Positions 1-13,080 of a DNA stretch of 64,000 nucleotides are shown here, one piece after another. The notes beneath the pieces are model-generated. The model was not told where the DNA came from, made no database searches, and worked only from the letters and a program-made list of their open reading frames with translations. Both the position numbers and the translations under genes were made by a program. How positions within the stretch are numbered: position 1 is the first letter of the stretch; the number at the start of each line of letters is the position of its first letter. Origin of the DNA: Camelus dromedarius (Eukaryota); the NCBI RefSeq assembly GCF_036321535.1, contig NC_087436.1, positions 108,192,001 through 108,256,000 on the forward strand, given 5' to 3'.

Positions 1-463
1 TTTGAAGAATGTTGACAGAGAAACAAAATTCCAGGCCTGGGGCTGCAGGGCTGGTGTAGTTAATCAAATACATCAGCCTCATAAATTCTGATGTGTTCTG
101 AGATCGCTGTCCCCTGAAGAGAAGTCTAATAAACCCAATGTAATGTGTCTTCCAGGAGCCATAATGTGGCTCTGTTTGATAGAAAATCAGCTAGGAGGAT
201 GTTTGCACTTGGGTGGAGGAACTATGGGAAGTGACGAGAGGAAGTGAAAAATCCATAAACTGGATGACTTACGGGGTCCCACTGGTGTATGAATGAAGAA
301 GAACAAGGGCACCGATGGGTAGATCTCGCAAATATTTAATGTGCTCAGTTAAACCTTTTTAACTAAAAATGTCTCCGATCTGCCTTTTGGGTGGTGGTGA
401 GACAGTGTCTAAACAAAGGAGATAAAAGCAAAAACAGCACCTTTAGAATTAGAGAGGCTCCAT

Positions 464-650
464 ACTAACTATTGTATGTAAAATAGATTAACAGCAGGCT
501 CATACTATACAGCACAGGGAACTATATTCAGTGTCTTGTAGTCACCTACGGTGGAAAAGAATATGAAAGCAAATATGTGTATGTTCATGCATGACTGAAG
601 CACTATGCTGTACACTAGAAATTGACACAACATTGTAAACTGACTATACT
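464..650 (+). mobile_element. 5'-truncated L1 3' UTR fragment (cetartiodactyl/camelid L1) with 16-bp TSD
   Basis: Motifs ATACAGCACAGGGAACTATATTCA and ACAACATTGTAAACTGACTATACTT are shared with the 3' end of the long L1 at 52.5-53.7 kb; flanked by direct repeat ATTAGAGAGGCTCCAT at 448-463 and 695-710. Confidence 0.92.

Positions 651-653
<3 letters not shown>

Positions 654-688
<35 letters not shown>
654..688. repeat. (CA)n microsatellite in the L1 tail position
   Basis: Uninterrupted AC run read directly. Confidence 0.97.
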
Positions 689-692
<4 letters not shown>

Positions 693-756
693 GCATTAGA
701 GAGGCTCCATGACATATTAGAGAGGTGATTTTCTCACCATCGTGTCCCCATCATTC

Positions 757-969
757 CAGTACATTGATAAACCCCAGGTCAGATCTGGCCTGCCACCTGC
801 CTTTGTAAATAAAGTTTTATTGGCACCAGTCACTCTTTCTTTGACATATTGGCTACAGAACCCTGACCCTACAACTGCAAAGTTGAGTCCTTGCAACAGA
901 AACAGTATGGCTTGCTAAGGTGAACATACTTGTTATCTGGCACCTCACAGCAAAAGTTTCCAGCCCCTG
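757..969 (+). mobile_element. MER58A-like hAT-Charlie MITE
   Basis: TTTGTAAATAAAGTTTTATTGG core and terminal AAAAGTTTCCAGCCCCTG resemble the recalled MER58A consensus. Confidence 0.85.
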
Positions 970-1039
970 ATCTTGTAGACAGCCTGGCATGGAATAAGAG
1001 TTCAGTACGTCTTTAATGGACTTGGAATTTATACCATCT

Positions 1040-1110
1040 ATATAACCTTGGGCAAGCTGGTTAATCTCCCCCAGACTCAGCTTTCCCCAGTGCTAAAATG
1101 GATACAATCA
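1040..1110 (+). mobile_element. MIR SINE core fragment
   Basis: ACCTTGGGCAAG...CTCAGCTTTCCCCAGTGCTAAAATGG resembles the MIR core. Confidence 0.65.
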
Positions 1111-3236
1111 TACCAATCTTGGAAAATTCCAGCATACTGTTTAGAATCTGGTTTACCGTTAAAAATAGTATTTCATTCTTCCTCCTCCTATCTCTTTCAC
1201 TTAATGTTAGCAGGTGCTGCTTTAATCCAGAATAGTCAGTGCCATGCTAACTGGTAATTTTACAGCTTTCTACTTTTTTGGATGTACAGGCATAATTTAC
1301 TCTCCCAACTGAATCAGTGGTTTATAATTATGACTGTCCTGAATCAAGCTACGTTTTTCTCCTTTTCTCTTTACTTGTCCTCTTTCTCTCCTCTTTTAGC
1401 TAAATGTTTGTTTTCACATACATCAAATAAGTCTTTTTTTTTTTAATTTTTATATTTACCACATGGAGTCTAATTCATTTCATTTCTTCTGAAAGACATA
1501 ATATCATAAAAGCCTCTAATGTCTGGTTGCCTTGCTGTTGAAGCAACAGAAGTAATAAAGGGTATTTTTTTTTTAAGAAAAGTCCTTCAACTTTTTATTT
1601 TTGAGTAGTAACAGAGATTAATTTTTTTTTTTAAGAACATCTCCTCAGCCCCCTCTAATCTGCTGGGAGAAAGGAAACTCTAACTGGGTGAATACAGTAG
1701 ACCCACGCCGAGCCCCAAGTGAGGTGTGGACACTGAAGGGACCAGTCAAATTTTTTACCCTTTGAGAAAGTCTGTGGACTAACGGGAAGTGCCCTCTGAT
1801 GGCAGACGTGGCCCTCACTTCATCTCTCTGAGAGAAGCCCAGTGTTCCCCCGTGCCAATCGGAAGCAGGCCCTCTCCCTAGAGGGTTGCCCTGAGTCATT
1901 CATGAGCAATATTTTATCAACGGTGGTGTAGGTGGAATGGCTTTGCATTCACCCCCCCTCCCCAATCATGTTTCACTTGGCACAATGTTTCTTTAGACAC
2001 TTCTTTTCTTCTTAGCTCCTCAGACCCAGTCCCACAGGCTCCCTGTTGCTAGTGAGCCTTCCCCCATCCACTGTCTCTCCACCTCTTCAGCTGCTGTTTT
2101 CTCCTCTCCAATCAGCCTGGAACTCCGTTGTTCATTGCTTTACAATATCTTGGTCCATCCTCAGCCTCCAGCTCCATACCTGGTACCTCCCGTTTCTTTT
2201 TGGTACTGTCTTAAATAAGGGTTTTACTGAGGGTGAAGATGCAGTTTTGCTAAGCAAACAAAAGACTGTCCCCTGATTAGGCTCCATCTCTCTAACACAG
2301 AGTAATTCAGGGTTATAAATAGCAGCGATACAAAAGCTTTGTTCTTCTTTCCTGGCTCAGAGCCAGGTCGAGGCAGCTTTGTTTGGCTTTTATTTATTTA
2401 TTTTTTTCTTTTTCCTTCCCAGAGGGGTGGATGGGGCTGGAGGATTTCAAAACCATCACACATATTTGATATGGCTAAGACTTTAGCAACATTTCAAGTT
2501 AAATGAGACAGTCTTTATCCCAGGAAAGCAGGACAGCTCTTAAAAGCAATAGAATGTAATAATGTAATTTTGTAAAAATGTAATTTTAACAGGTGTCACC
2601 ATTTATTGAGTCAATAGATTCCTGGTATTACACATAGGAAGTGTTAGTAAAATTGCTTTCAAAAGACACTTATGGTTTACTTAAATATTTGCCCATTAAG
2701 AATTCATCCAAACACTTGGAAGATTTTAGTGTAATATTGCAAAATGTAAATATTAATTGAACTACTATGATTATGATTTACAGTATAACAGAACCAGCCT
2801 GTTTTCATTTGAAACTCTGTGAGATATAAACCTTAAACAATGAGCAGAAAATGAGAGCTGGGCAATTAGGAAAGTTGGGCCAATGAAACATGTCGGCAGT
2901 ACCAAAACCAATTAGCTATCTCCTAGTAACAGTTTTGTATTTGGGGCTTTGTTGAGCCAGCGGTCTGGGGTACCTCCTCAGTGCTTCAGCACAAGTTCTT
3001 CTGGAAAGCTGGAGATTTCAAGTGGACCCCGCAGCTGCCTCATTCCCTAGAGGCTCCTGAGGATTCTGTTATGGACCACCTGGGACAGGGTTGAGACCCA
3101 TTGCTGAGTGCAGTGGCCAGCACGTAGTGGGTTCTCAATATTTTCTGGGAGAATAGATGATACAAATATTCCACATTGAAACCTTAAGGTCTTCTACTTC
3201 CATTGTGCAATTGTACACACCTTTAAATTTTAAAAT

Positions 3237-3484
3237 TGCATAGTCATTAAAGTCATGAACCTTGAAGCCAGATGACCTGGGCTTAACTCCCAACTCCAAC
3301 ATTTTCAGTTATTTTTTTGTGGGAAAGTTGATTACCTACTCATGTCTCAGTTTATCCACCTATAAAATGGTAACAATAATAGTATCTACTTCATTGGATT
3401 GTTGTGAGGGTGCAGTGAAGTAATATGTGGTGAGTGCTTAGAAGAGTTCCAGGCCCACAGTAAGACCATAAATGCTGTCATTAT
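3237..3484 (+). mobile_element. MIR SINE, near full length
   Basis: tRNA-like head, core TCTCAGTTTATCCACCTATAAAATGG, tail GTGCTTAGAAGAGTTCCAGGCCCACAGTAAG. Confidence 0.85.
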
Positions 3485-3514
3485 GTTCTGTGTTCTCTAA
3501 CCCACGTTATGAAG

Positions 3515-3885
3515 GTATTAATCAGAATAGGATAGACCGTACTATATCCCAAATTAGCCCTGAAGTTCTTCAAAGCAACAGAAGTTTAATTCTCACTCGT
3601 GGCCCATATTCTGTGGTGGTCAGTTGGGAGCTGAATCCCATACAATCATCTGTCAACCCGGGCTGATGACTCTTTGTCCACTTTGAAACAGCACAGTCTA
3701 GAACATGTGGCTTCTTCAGTCATCTGGACAAGAAAGAATTTGCTGGAAAGTCTCCCACCCGTAATTTAAATACATTTGCCTGGAAATTAGCAAGTCCTAT
3801 TTCTGCTCATAGCTTGATGGGCACAGTTAGTTGCGTGCCCCCTCCTCCTTGTCCAGGGTACCTTATGAATACTCAGTGAGCCGAC
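3515..3885 (-). mobile_element. Old MLT1 (ERVL-MaLR) LTR, degraded
   Basis: TATTAATCAGAATAGGATAG...AAAGCAACAGAAGTTTAATTCTCACTC resembles reverse MLT1 ends. Confidence 0.55.
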
Positions 3886-4856
3886 TGGTCGATATCATTG
3901 CTCCAGTGAATAAACTCCCTCCGTGAATTGTGTGTAGCTCTACTGCTGATCTCTTAAGAATTGTGGCTTATTCATCTTTACATCATCTACAAAGCCTAAA
4001 TACTGTTCACAGTAGGTGCCCAATAAATGTTTGTGAAAGAAAGAAGGGAGGAGGAAAACGAGGGGGTTAAGTTGAATCTTTGAGAACTCAGCAGCTGGAG
4101 GAAGTTCTGTGCAAGCATCAGAACATTGAAAAACAAAACAAAATAGCAGCAACAAAACCCTGAGCCTTAGAAAACAGTTAACTGTGTTTAAAAGATGGAC
4201 TGACCTTATCTGAACAGAAAACTCAGAGGGTGAGTATTGTCAGCCCACATTTGACGTACTTGACTCAGGAATGAATCTGTTGCGTAAACCAAAACGCATC
4301 TATGAGCAGATGAGAAGAGCAGTGATATTTTTTTCTGTAATTGAAGCTAAAGATCGTCCTCTGAACATTCATTACTTTCAGATTAATGTTGTGTTATTTT
4401 TCTTTCTGTTCTTGTTCAGTTTCACTTAAGACTCTTTTGTTCCATAAATGGATTATCCTTCAAAACCTAAAATTGTCTCATACCAAAAGCCTGAATTAGG
4501 CATTATTTTTACTCTTCCCTTCTTCTGTAAGAGAAGATGAGCAGAGACGTGGAGTTGGGAAGAATTAAGGAGGAACTGAAATAGTGGTTAATATCAATCT
4601 AAACTATGTTCACTGAGCTAGATATCGCCTTAGTCAAAACCCAAAATCTATTCAAAGTTAAAATCCAATGAAAATAAAACTATTTAGAATCTAGAATTCC
4701 TCATTCAGCCTTATTTTTCCTCCCTTATTTGTAAACTTAGAAAACTGCCATATAGTTAGTGGAACACCTATTATCCAATCGCAATTAGATACAAGGGAAA
4801 AAAAGGAAATTAAGAGGTGTAAGCTCTACTCCGTGAATATGGTACATGAAGGCTGT

Positions 4857-5104
4857 TTAGCATAGTGGTAAAAGCAAAGCTTCTAGATCTAAATTATCTG
4901 AGTTCACGTTGGAACTTTCGTGCTTATTAGCTATGTTACCTTTTGCGGCTTGCCTAACCTCTTTCTGCCTCAGTTTATTTATCTCTAAAACAGGGAAGCA
5001 GTAATGCTTACCTCAGTGTTACGTGATGGTTAAATGGGTTATTATATAAAGTGCTTATTCCAGTTTCTGGTACACAGTGATCAGTAAGTGTTTGCTATGA
5101 TTAC
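4857..5104 (+). mobile_element. MIR SINE, near full length
   Basis: TAGCATAGTGGTAAAAGC head, CTGCCTCAGTTTATTTATCTCTAAAACAGGG core. Confidence 0.85.
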
Positions 5105-5319
5105 TGGATGCTTAACCATGTGGTTGACACAGATTATCACATTTTATCCCAGATTTTGGAGGGTAGGCATTTTACTCAAGGTCAAACAGATAGGAAAATG
5201 TGCCTGGCAAAATTAAAGCCCAGCATTGTCCATTCCAGAGCCTTGTGGTGAGCCAGGGACCTTGGTGCTAATGAGAAGGGCGAGAAAGAAGTCAGGAGTA
5301 TTGACCTCTGGGACTATCT

Positions 5320-6200
5320 TTTTTTTTAAAATAAACTTGATTTTTAGAGCATCTTTAGGTTCACAGCAAAGTTGAGGGGACCTTACAGAGAGTTCCCATA
5401 GATCCTTTACCCCCCCCCCAACGTGCAACCTCTCCTCCTATCAACATCCCCCACCAGCGTAGTACAGTTGTTACAATTGGTGAACCTACATTGATGCATC
5501 CTTATCACTAAGTCCATCGTTTACATTAGGATTCACTCTTGGTGCTGTACATTGCCTGGGCTTGGACCAATATTATGACATGCATCCATCACTATGGTAT
5601 CATACAGAGTATTTTCACTGCCCTAAAAATCCTCTGTGCTCTACCTATTCATCCACCACCCAAGCAGCCCCTGGCAACCACTCATCTTTTTACTGTCTCC
5701 ATAATTTCACATTTTCCAGAATGTCATATAGTTGGAATCACATACAGTAGTAGCCTTTTCAGGTTGGCTTCTTTCACTTAGTAATATGCATTTTCATTTC
5801 TTTCATGGCTTTTTGTGGCATAATAACTCATTTTCTTTTAGCACTGAAAATATTCCATTGTCTAAATGTATCAGTCTATTTATCCATTCATCTACTGAAG
5901 GGCATCTTGATTGCTTCCAAGTTTCGGCAACCATGAATAAAGCTGCTCTAAACATCCATGTGCAGGTGGGCAAAAGTTTTCAATGTACTGGGTCATATGG
6001 TGAGAGTATGTTTAGTTTTGTAAGAAATCATCAGGAATGAATGTGAGTTCCTGTTGCTCCACATCCTTGCCGGTATTTGTTGTTGTCAGTGTTTTGGATT
6101 TTGACCATTCTAAGTGGTGTGTAGTAATATCTCATTTTTGTTTTAATTAATGACATATGATATTGAACATCCTTTTATATGGTCATTTGCCCTTCATTAT
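5320..6200 (-). mobile_element. L1MC1-like ancient L1 3' end
   Basis: TTTTTAGAGCATCTTTAGGTTCACAGCAAAGTTGAG and TTCACTGCCCTAAAAATCCTCTGTGCTC match the recalled L1MC1 3' UTR; reverse ORF2-end motifs (GATTGCTTCCAAGTTTCGGCAACCATGAATAAAGCTGCT). Confidence 0.88.
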
Positions 6201-6241
6201 CTTTAAATTCTATTTCCAAACCTATGTGGAGACTATCTTTT

Positions 6242-6795
6242 GTGGGACAACGCACGTTTGTTTTGTGGCTTCCTAGCATTTATGTGCTTTTTTTTGTGAC
6301 AGTACGCTGAAAACATCCCTTCTCAATGTGCAGACCCTAGGTTTCAGGTGGAGGTGATTAGGTCCCTCCCCTTATCCTGGGAGCGGAGCAAAGAAGAGAA
6401 GCCTGGCCAGAGGATTGAATCCTCTGGTCACAGTAGTTGCTTCAGGAATGGACACTTGATTCTTGCGGCCAATGACATGAATGTTGTCAGGAGAACAGGT
6501 TCGCTTTCTTGCTGAACTTGAACTGGGAGAATATAAGTTTAGAGCTGCAACAGTCAACTTTCCCTTAAGAGATGAGAGGGAGGAAATACTTGGAGCTCAT
6601 TTAGTCCAGCTGTGGCATCTGACAAGTTTATCGAGTGGTTTATGCTACTTCCACTCTCATTATTGCCTTGATTCTTACCTTTTGTTTACAAGCCGACCTT
6701 CCCATCAAACCAGGGTACTATACAAATTCCAATTTATTTTCTATTAGCTAGCCAGTCTGTTACTATGGTGGGCAACTAAAGACACCTGATAAAGT
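6242..6795 (+). mobile_element. Old MLT1 (ERVL-MaLR) LTR, degraded
   Basis: End resembles MLT1 (TTAGCTAGCCAGTCTGTTACTATGGTGGGCAACTAAAGACACCTGATA). Confidence 0.5.
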
Positions 6796-7854
6796 GCATG
6801 TGAAATATCACATTTCAACTGGTCTCTATTTTAGATGAGAACTAGTCTTTTAGAAGAGATCTGACAATTGCCACACTTGCTGAGTAGAAAAATATTCAAT
6901 GCGGAGTTCTTGACCAAAAACAATGGATTTCAATTTTGCATGACTACAGATACTTTTCTGCATTCAGACTTTGATTGTATTGCAGTTGCCCCATTGGTGA
7001 GGTAGTTTTAAAAGTGATAAGCCCTGAAGGAGATAGCCAATGAGTGTTTCATTAGTAGAATACTAGGCAAAAATAAGCATCCTTACTAATGCTATAGTTC
7101 TTGAAACTGAAAAAAAAAATGTCCTTAGTTTAAAACTTTATTAACATGAACTTTTGCAGAAGACATTCTGTCTGGACAGTTTCCTCCAGGATATTCTCTT
7201 GGCTAAGAGGCAGCAAGCCTGGCTGGGGATGGAGGAGACAGACAGTTCTCATTTCATTAGGTATTTATGCAGTGGTTATCATGGTAGCAGCCAACTCATT
7301 ACAAAACAGGGCACATCAAATTAGTCTGAGTCAATGAGGCTCCAGTGACAAGATACTCCAGGGGGGAAATCAGGCATCAGGGAAGAACTTTTAGATGACA
7401 GCTTTTATTGTTACTCCAAGGAAGAGGGAAGCGAAGAAACACCTTTTCATCATCCCCAAAACACAACCTGTACCCTATCTGAGTTCCCCAAAGATTCCAT
7501 AATCTGCTGCCAGGTGAATTGAAGGGGTAAAATGAGCCTCTTCTTTCTTAGTAGTAAAATGTGCGCCAAGTGTATGGGATACTCATCAGAGAATGAAGTA
7601 TTGACATAGAGATCGTGATCATGCTGTATAAGAGAATTTTGCCCACGTGTCCATTTGGACTCAGCATTTCAGTTTCCAAGGACACAAATTCACCATTTCC
7701 ATTGCAACTTCCTTCCTTTCAGTCAAAGACAATCTCATGGCTTTTACCATGTTATTCTTGCCAAAGCCATTTGTGAGTAGTGGTGAAGTCAGAGTGGTAA
7801 GGATATGTCACATTTAGCTCCTCAAACTGGCCCTTTCCCTTTCATTTATCAGGT

Positions 7855-7968
7855 TAGTGGTTCTCAACACTAGCCACTGGTTAGAAGTGGTTTGCAACTG
7901 GGACGTTGGTATCATGATAAAAGCTCCCCAAAGGATGCTATTAGCATCCAACATTGAGCACCACTAAT
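7855..7968. mobile_element. MER5-like hAT-Charlie MITE remnant
   Basis: Imperfect TIRs TAGTGGTTCTCAA ... TTGAGCACCACTA; internal AAAAGCTCCCCA. Confidence 0.65.
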
Positions 7969-9459
7969 CTATAGTTACTCTACCTGTAGCACTAGTCCGT
8001 ATTATTAAACATTTACTATTAATTTTACTAAGGGATTTTCAAAAGTTATCAGTGCAATCATTATATTATGGGCAACTTCCTACAACTATGATTTATGCTC
8101 CAAGTCAAGATTAAGATGATGTTTTACCACTCACTGGCTGATCTCAATGAGATGTGAAAACCACGTGGCAGGTTCATGATCATGCACATCCTTATTCTGA
8201 AACTGTACTTGTAATACATACACTGAAAGATGAGCTGTGTGGAAGCTTTATAGCTCACCGTCTGCAGCATGCTTGAGTCTGAATATTATTGCTAACAAAA
8301 TTCTCTTAATTACACAAAGCATTGAGAGAGATATATTCTTAAAATAGTAAACCTGTCCAAATATGAGAGCTTGCTTCATAAGTCAGAGCTAGGGAACAAA
8401 AACAAATTTGGAATGGGAACGTAATGAAGACTTAGATATGAATATAATTCCAGTGAGGAATCACAAGACCGTAAATTGTTTACCATTTATGAGAACTTTC
8501 AGGTAGATCAGACTATAAATTTAGAAACTTAGTTTAAAAAGCACAAAGTGTTGTATAGGCAAAAATGCGTTGAAGAGTTTTTTAAAGTATATTCATGAAA
8601 GCAATCTACTTTATTACAAATATTGTCTTGCCCTAGAGACACTTAGAATTGTGCGTGTGTGTTCTAATACACTATAACCTCTGAATGTGAAAAGAAGAGA
8701 TCAGGTGTAATTTTACGCCTGTGACCTTAGGCATTTTCAAGCCCAAATCTTCATAAAATATAGGTACGTCTTTTATAGCATTCAAAACGGGCCAATAAAC
8801 CTCTGAATAGAAGAGAGGAGGAAGAAGAACTCCAAATATAAAACCTTACTGTGACCTTATAAAGCCCAGTCAGGTGGGACAAATAAGGAATTCTGTGCAA
8901 TATATACATGGATCCGGAACCTACAAGGTTCCTCGCACTTAACTGGATGTCATAATGTACGTACTCAGCTCCAGCAAGCCACCCAGCATTGGTCCCATCT
9001 GGGTAGCTTGTTTCTTTACCAATAGTTGGTCAGACTTATATTCATAATTCATTCCCTCTAATATTTCCATATGTATGATGTTCTATAAATAGAAATTATT
9101 TTAAGTGAATGTAGTCCTAATTTCCAATTAAATGCTAAGCACCACAGGAGCAGAAATGGTACAGTCTCTTGTTCTAATTACTTTCCTCTTCTCCAAATAA
9201 TTGGTGCCTATAATTGTGATTGACTTGCCTTTTGATTCTGTTTATGGTTAGTTCTTATAGGCAGAAATATTAAATTTTTACATAGACACTTCTATTATCT
9301 TTTTTAAAAAAAAACCTCTTGTGATTTCTTTCATTCCTTTTAAGCTTAGGGAGCATTTTTTTCCCTTCCTGAGATCAAATTAAATATTCACCCATATTTT
9401 TCTGTTTTGACTGGTTGGTTGATTGATTGATTGATTGCATTTTACTGTTCCTCTTTCTC

Positions 9460-9664
9460 TTTTTTTTTTTTTTTTTGATTGAAGTATAGTCAGTTTACAA
9501 TGTGTCAATTTCTGGTGTACAGCATAATGTTTCAGTCATATATATACATATATATATATTCCTTTTCATATTCTTTTTCATTATAGGTTACTATAAGATA
9601 TTGAATATAGTTCCCTGTGCTATACAGTATAAACTTGTTGTTTGTCTGTTTTATTTATAGTAGT
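9460..9664 (-). mobile_element. 5'-truncated L1 3' UTR fragment with poly(A) tail (T17 on + strand)
   Basis: Reverse of the L1 3' end: GAAGTATAGTCAGTTTACAAT...GAATATAGTTCCCTGTGCTATACAG. Confidence 0.92.
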
Positions 9665-12600
9665 TTTCTTTCCAGATCACATAAATCTTTCGCCTTTTAC
9701 TCTTTCTCCTTTTTCATTCTCCTGCCCTCCCCATCATAATTTCCAGCCCTGGTTTGCATTGACTAAAGCCTCACTCTCTGCCAGATATGGCCCTAAGCAT
9801 CTTGCATTCAGTCTAGTCTTCTCAGCAACCCTGAGGGTTGATACTAGTATTGTTCTAATAAAGGTTAAGCTTTGCCCAAGGTTATGGAGTAATTAATCAT
9901 ATGTTTTCCAACCCAAAGCTTTTGCTCAGAACCATTATGCATCTTTTCTTGTTGTTGTTGTTTTTTTTTTCCCCGTCTATTGAATTGAATCATCTTGCAA
10001 CCTTGACTGATAGCTCATTTAAAAGGTATTGAATTGTTTTTTCTCATATCTCTAAAATAGTATCATAACATGGTGTAGCTCTGAGGATTCAGGGAGGCAG
10101 TGCAACCTACAGCCCAGAACACAGCTTCACTCACAGAACAAATAGAGCTGCCTCTGTTCCTTCACATTGTTCCTGTGGAGTTCCTCTGGGTCCCAAGAAA
10201 CCTGACATCATGTTTTTCAAGTTACTGGTGTTATTTCCCTTTCAGCTGGTCCACAAGCCTCATTCCTTATCCTCCAACAGAGCACACACATATACTAAGT
10301 AAGCAAATTGTTGGCTAATAGATTTTTAAAGTGTTTTTGAACACAAATGCTTCCTGTTTTACGTTGATAACACTAGAAACAAGGATTCTTTAGCTAGAAA
10401 GAACAGTCTCAATCATGGCTTACTCAGTGATGGTTCCTTGCCTTATTTCTCTTTTGGTTGACATGGTTTTAGTACTGCTGTGGAACAACAATTTTCAAAA
10501 CCTCCATGACTCAGAGAATTGGACAAAATGCCCTGTTTCAGGTCTTAGCATAGTTCCACTGAAGGGCATGTGTCTGTCTTGAGGTTTCAAAAAAATGTCC
10601 TCTTCAGTAAGACTTGGAAACTTTCCCCAGCTGGTTCGAGTGTGCTATGGAGCAGAGGGGAGGGTGGGAGAAACAACCTGGCGTGGAGACTGATGCAGAT
10701 CTGCAGTGCTGAAGGGGACCAGCAGGGATGTGATGAATCACTTGATGAGGACGAGGTTAGCCATGTTTATGCCAGTTCTGGACACCAGAGTGGCAAGAGT
10801 GATACAGACAGCAAGCTCTGAATAGAGAATTCTAATTAAGGGTAAGAAAGGAACGGAACACTGACAGATTGTCAGCGCACAAGCCTGGTGCCCAGACTGC
10901 AAAACCACCAGAGGCTCCTACTCTGCCTTTGCCCTTTCCTGGATAACAAATGTGTCTCATTTTTAATTCCTGCAATTTTAGGGTAAGCAGCATCGGCATT
11001 CAGCCTAGTCGTGGCTGCTTAAGTAAAAGATTCCATTCTTGAATTTATAGTGCCAGTGTGTTTATACAAGCACTCGCTTTGTTCTTTGCCCCAGTAGCTG
11101 TGGAATAGAGGGACATTTTTTTTCCACTTTATAAAAACAGCAAAAATTATTTAAATTGCAAGCTGAATATATGCAACGTGGCATTTTAGAGAGGGGTAAA
11201 AAGGTGTTGGAAAGTGATGGGATATGATTGCTGAGACTCTTCGGAGGTTATAATATGGAGATTTCAATAAACTCATGTGTTTTTCCTTCCTACTCATCTC
11301 ATTTCATTGGACGTCCCATGCAGCTGTGAGATCGTCTCTTTGAAGAGGAACTACGAAGCTTCCTAATCATGGATTGTTATTTTTTCCTTCCCCCGTCGAA
11401 ACAGCAAAACAATTTTGTGAAGTCAACTCTTTCAATAATTTCTTTCTTGCCAGATCCTAAACAGAGTTGAAAATTATTAATTGTGCCTGCATGGTTGCAT
11501 TTCTGGCAGAATTATAATTATACCTTTTTCAATGAGATAGAAGATTGAGGTGCAACTTTGTTATAAGCATGTGCATTATAATGAGGATGAACTCAAGGGT
11601 GTGGTTGGATTCAGGAATTCCTAGAATACAAACAACCATAAATGACATTATTGCGTGCTCCATTCCAAAGATGCCATAATATCTAAGTTCTTCTTTTTGC
11701 CTAATCATGATTATCAACCCTAACACAGCTATCTGGGCCTTTTCAAACTCCAGTCAGTCAATCAATCATTATCACCCTTTGTCTAAGGAAAACCAGGTGA
11801 AAAATTAAATGAAAAAGTCAACATCTTTTGCAGTAGAATACAGTACATGGCCACAGTGGTTCTGAGCTGAGCAATATCCAGTAGGATAGTGGGGTTACTT
11901 TCCTTAATTGAATTACTTTCCAGTATTGAATACTATTTTTCTTTATATAGCTTAAAATGTAATGATCTCACGTTGAGGTGAGGTTATTTCCTTTGTAAGT
12001 ATAACCTTACTGATACAATAGTCTAAATGTTAGGTAGTTCCCTTCTCGACAAAATGATAAACTAATACCATCTAGTGTGCACTGAGGACAGCAATAATCC
12101 ATTAGGCTTACATATTAGTGGAACTTAAGAGCTATGGCAGACCATGGAATTTAAGGTTGTTTTGAATTTGTGTGTTTCTGTGTGATACAACTTGAGTATA
12201 TGGTCAAATACATTCTCTAAACCTTTTGTCTTCTACCCTTCTTTTTATTTCTTCTTTTCTTTTTTCTTTCTTTCCTTCCTTCCTTCCTTCCTTCATACAG
12301 AATATTTGCCAACAGAGCCAGCCTCATGGGTGTGCAGTCTGTCCACGCTCAGAAGGGCCTGGTATTTGTTTTAATGCACTGGTGTCACTGTCTTGGAATT
12401 ATCAATGCTTTTTAAACAAGGTAGCCTGCCATTTCATTCTGCCGAGGGCCCAGCAAGTTCGGTAGCTATTTCTGCTTACCAAATCAAGTCCAAGTCCTCT
12501 TACTGACAAACAGTTGTTTGCTGATAGCCATGCCTTTCCTCCCTCTCCACCCATCTCTGAAATGCTTTAGAACAGGGCTTCATCCTTTTCCAGCTAGACT

Positions 12601-12919
12601 GAGGAGGGCCCCAGCTGTCTTGCTCTCCTACCTGACGGCCATCACCCCCTGCCCCTACCTTTAACTCATTTGGCACATGGGACCTGACCAAACCCTAAAT
12701 ACTTCTTTTTCTACCACATTACTTTCATACTCAAAAAATCTCAACAGCATTGGGTTTAAATTTTGCCTGATCTGCAAACAGTAATCTGTCCCTATGTTCT
12801 GATTAACCCTTTCTTAATTCCTCCTGCTCCCCAAAGCTTTATTTGTAATCTATGTAACATTAGCAATTCACTAGAACATACGTATTTTATAAAATGTCTT
12901 ACTATTTTTAGCATCTTTG

Positions 12920-13075
12920 GGAAATCAATTTGTTAATTCAACCCTTCACCTATTTAACCACTGTTTATTAGACATGCCCTCTTTGACAACCACTGTGCTA
13001 GGAATGGCAGCAATAGAATGGAGACTAGACCATCCTTGGCCCCTGTCCTCATGTAACTCACAGTACAAAAGAAGA
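12920..13075 (-). mobile_element. L2 LINE 3' fragment
   Basis: TATTTAACCACTGTTTATTAGACATGCC...ACTGTGCTAGG...CCTGTCCTCATGTAACTCACAGT. Confidence 0.6.
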
Positions 13076-13080
13076 TGGAC

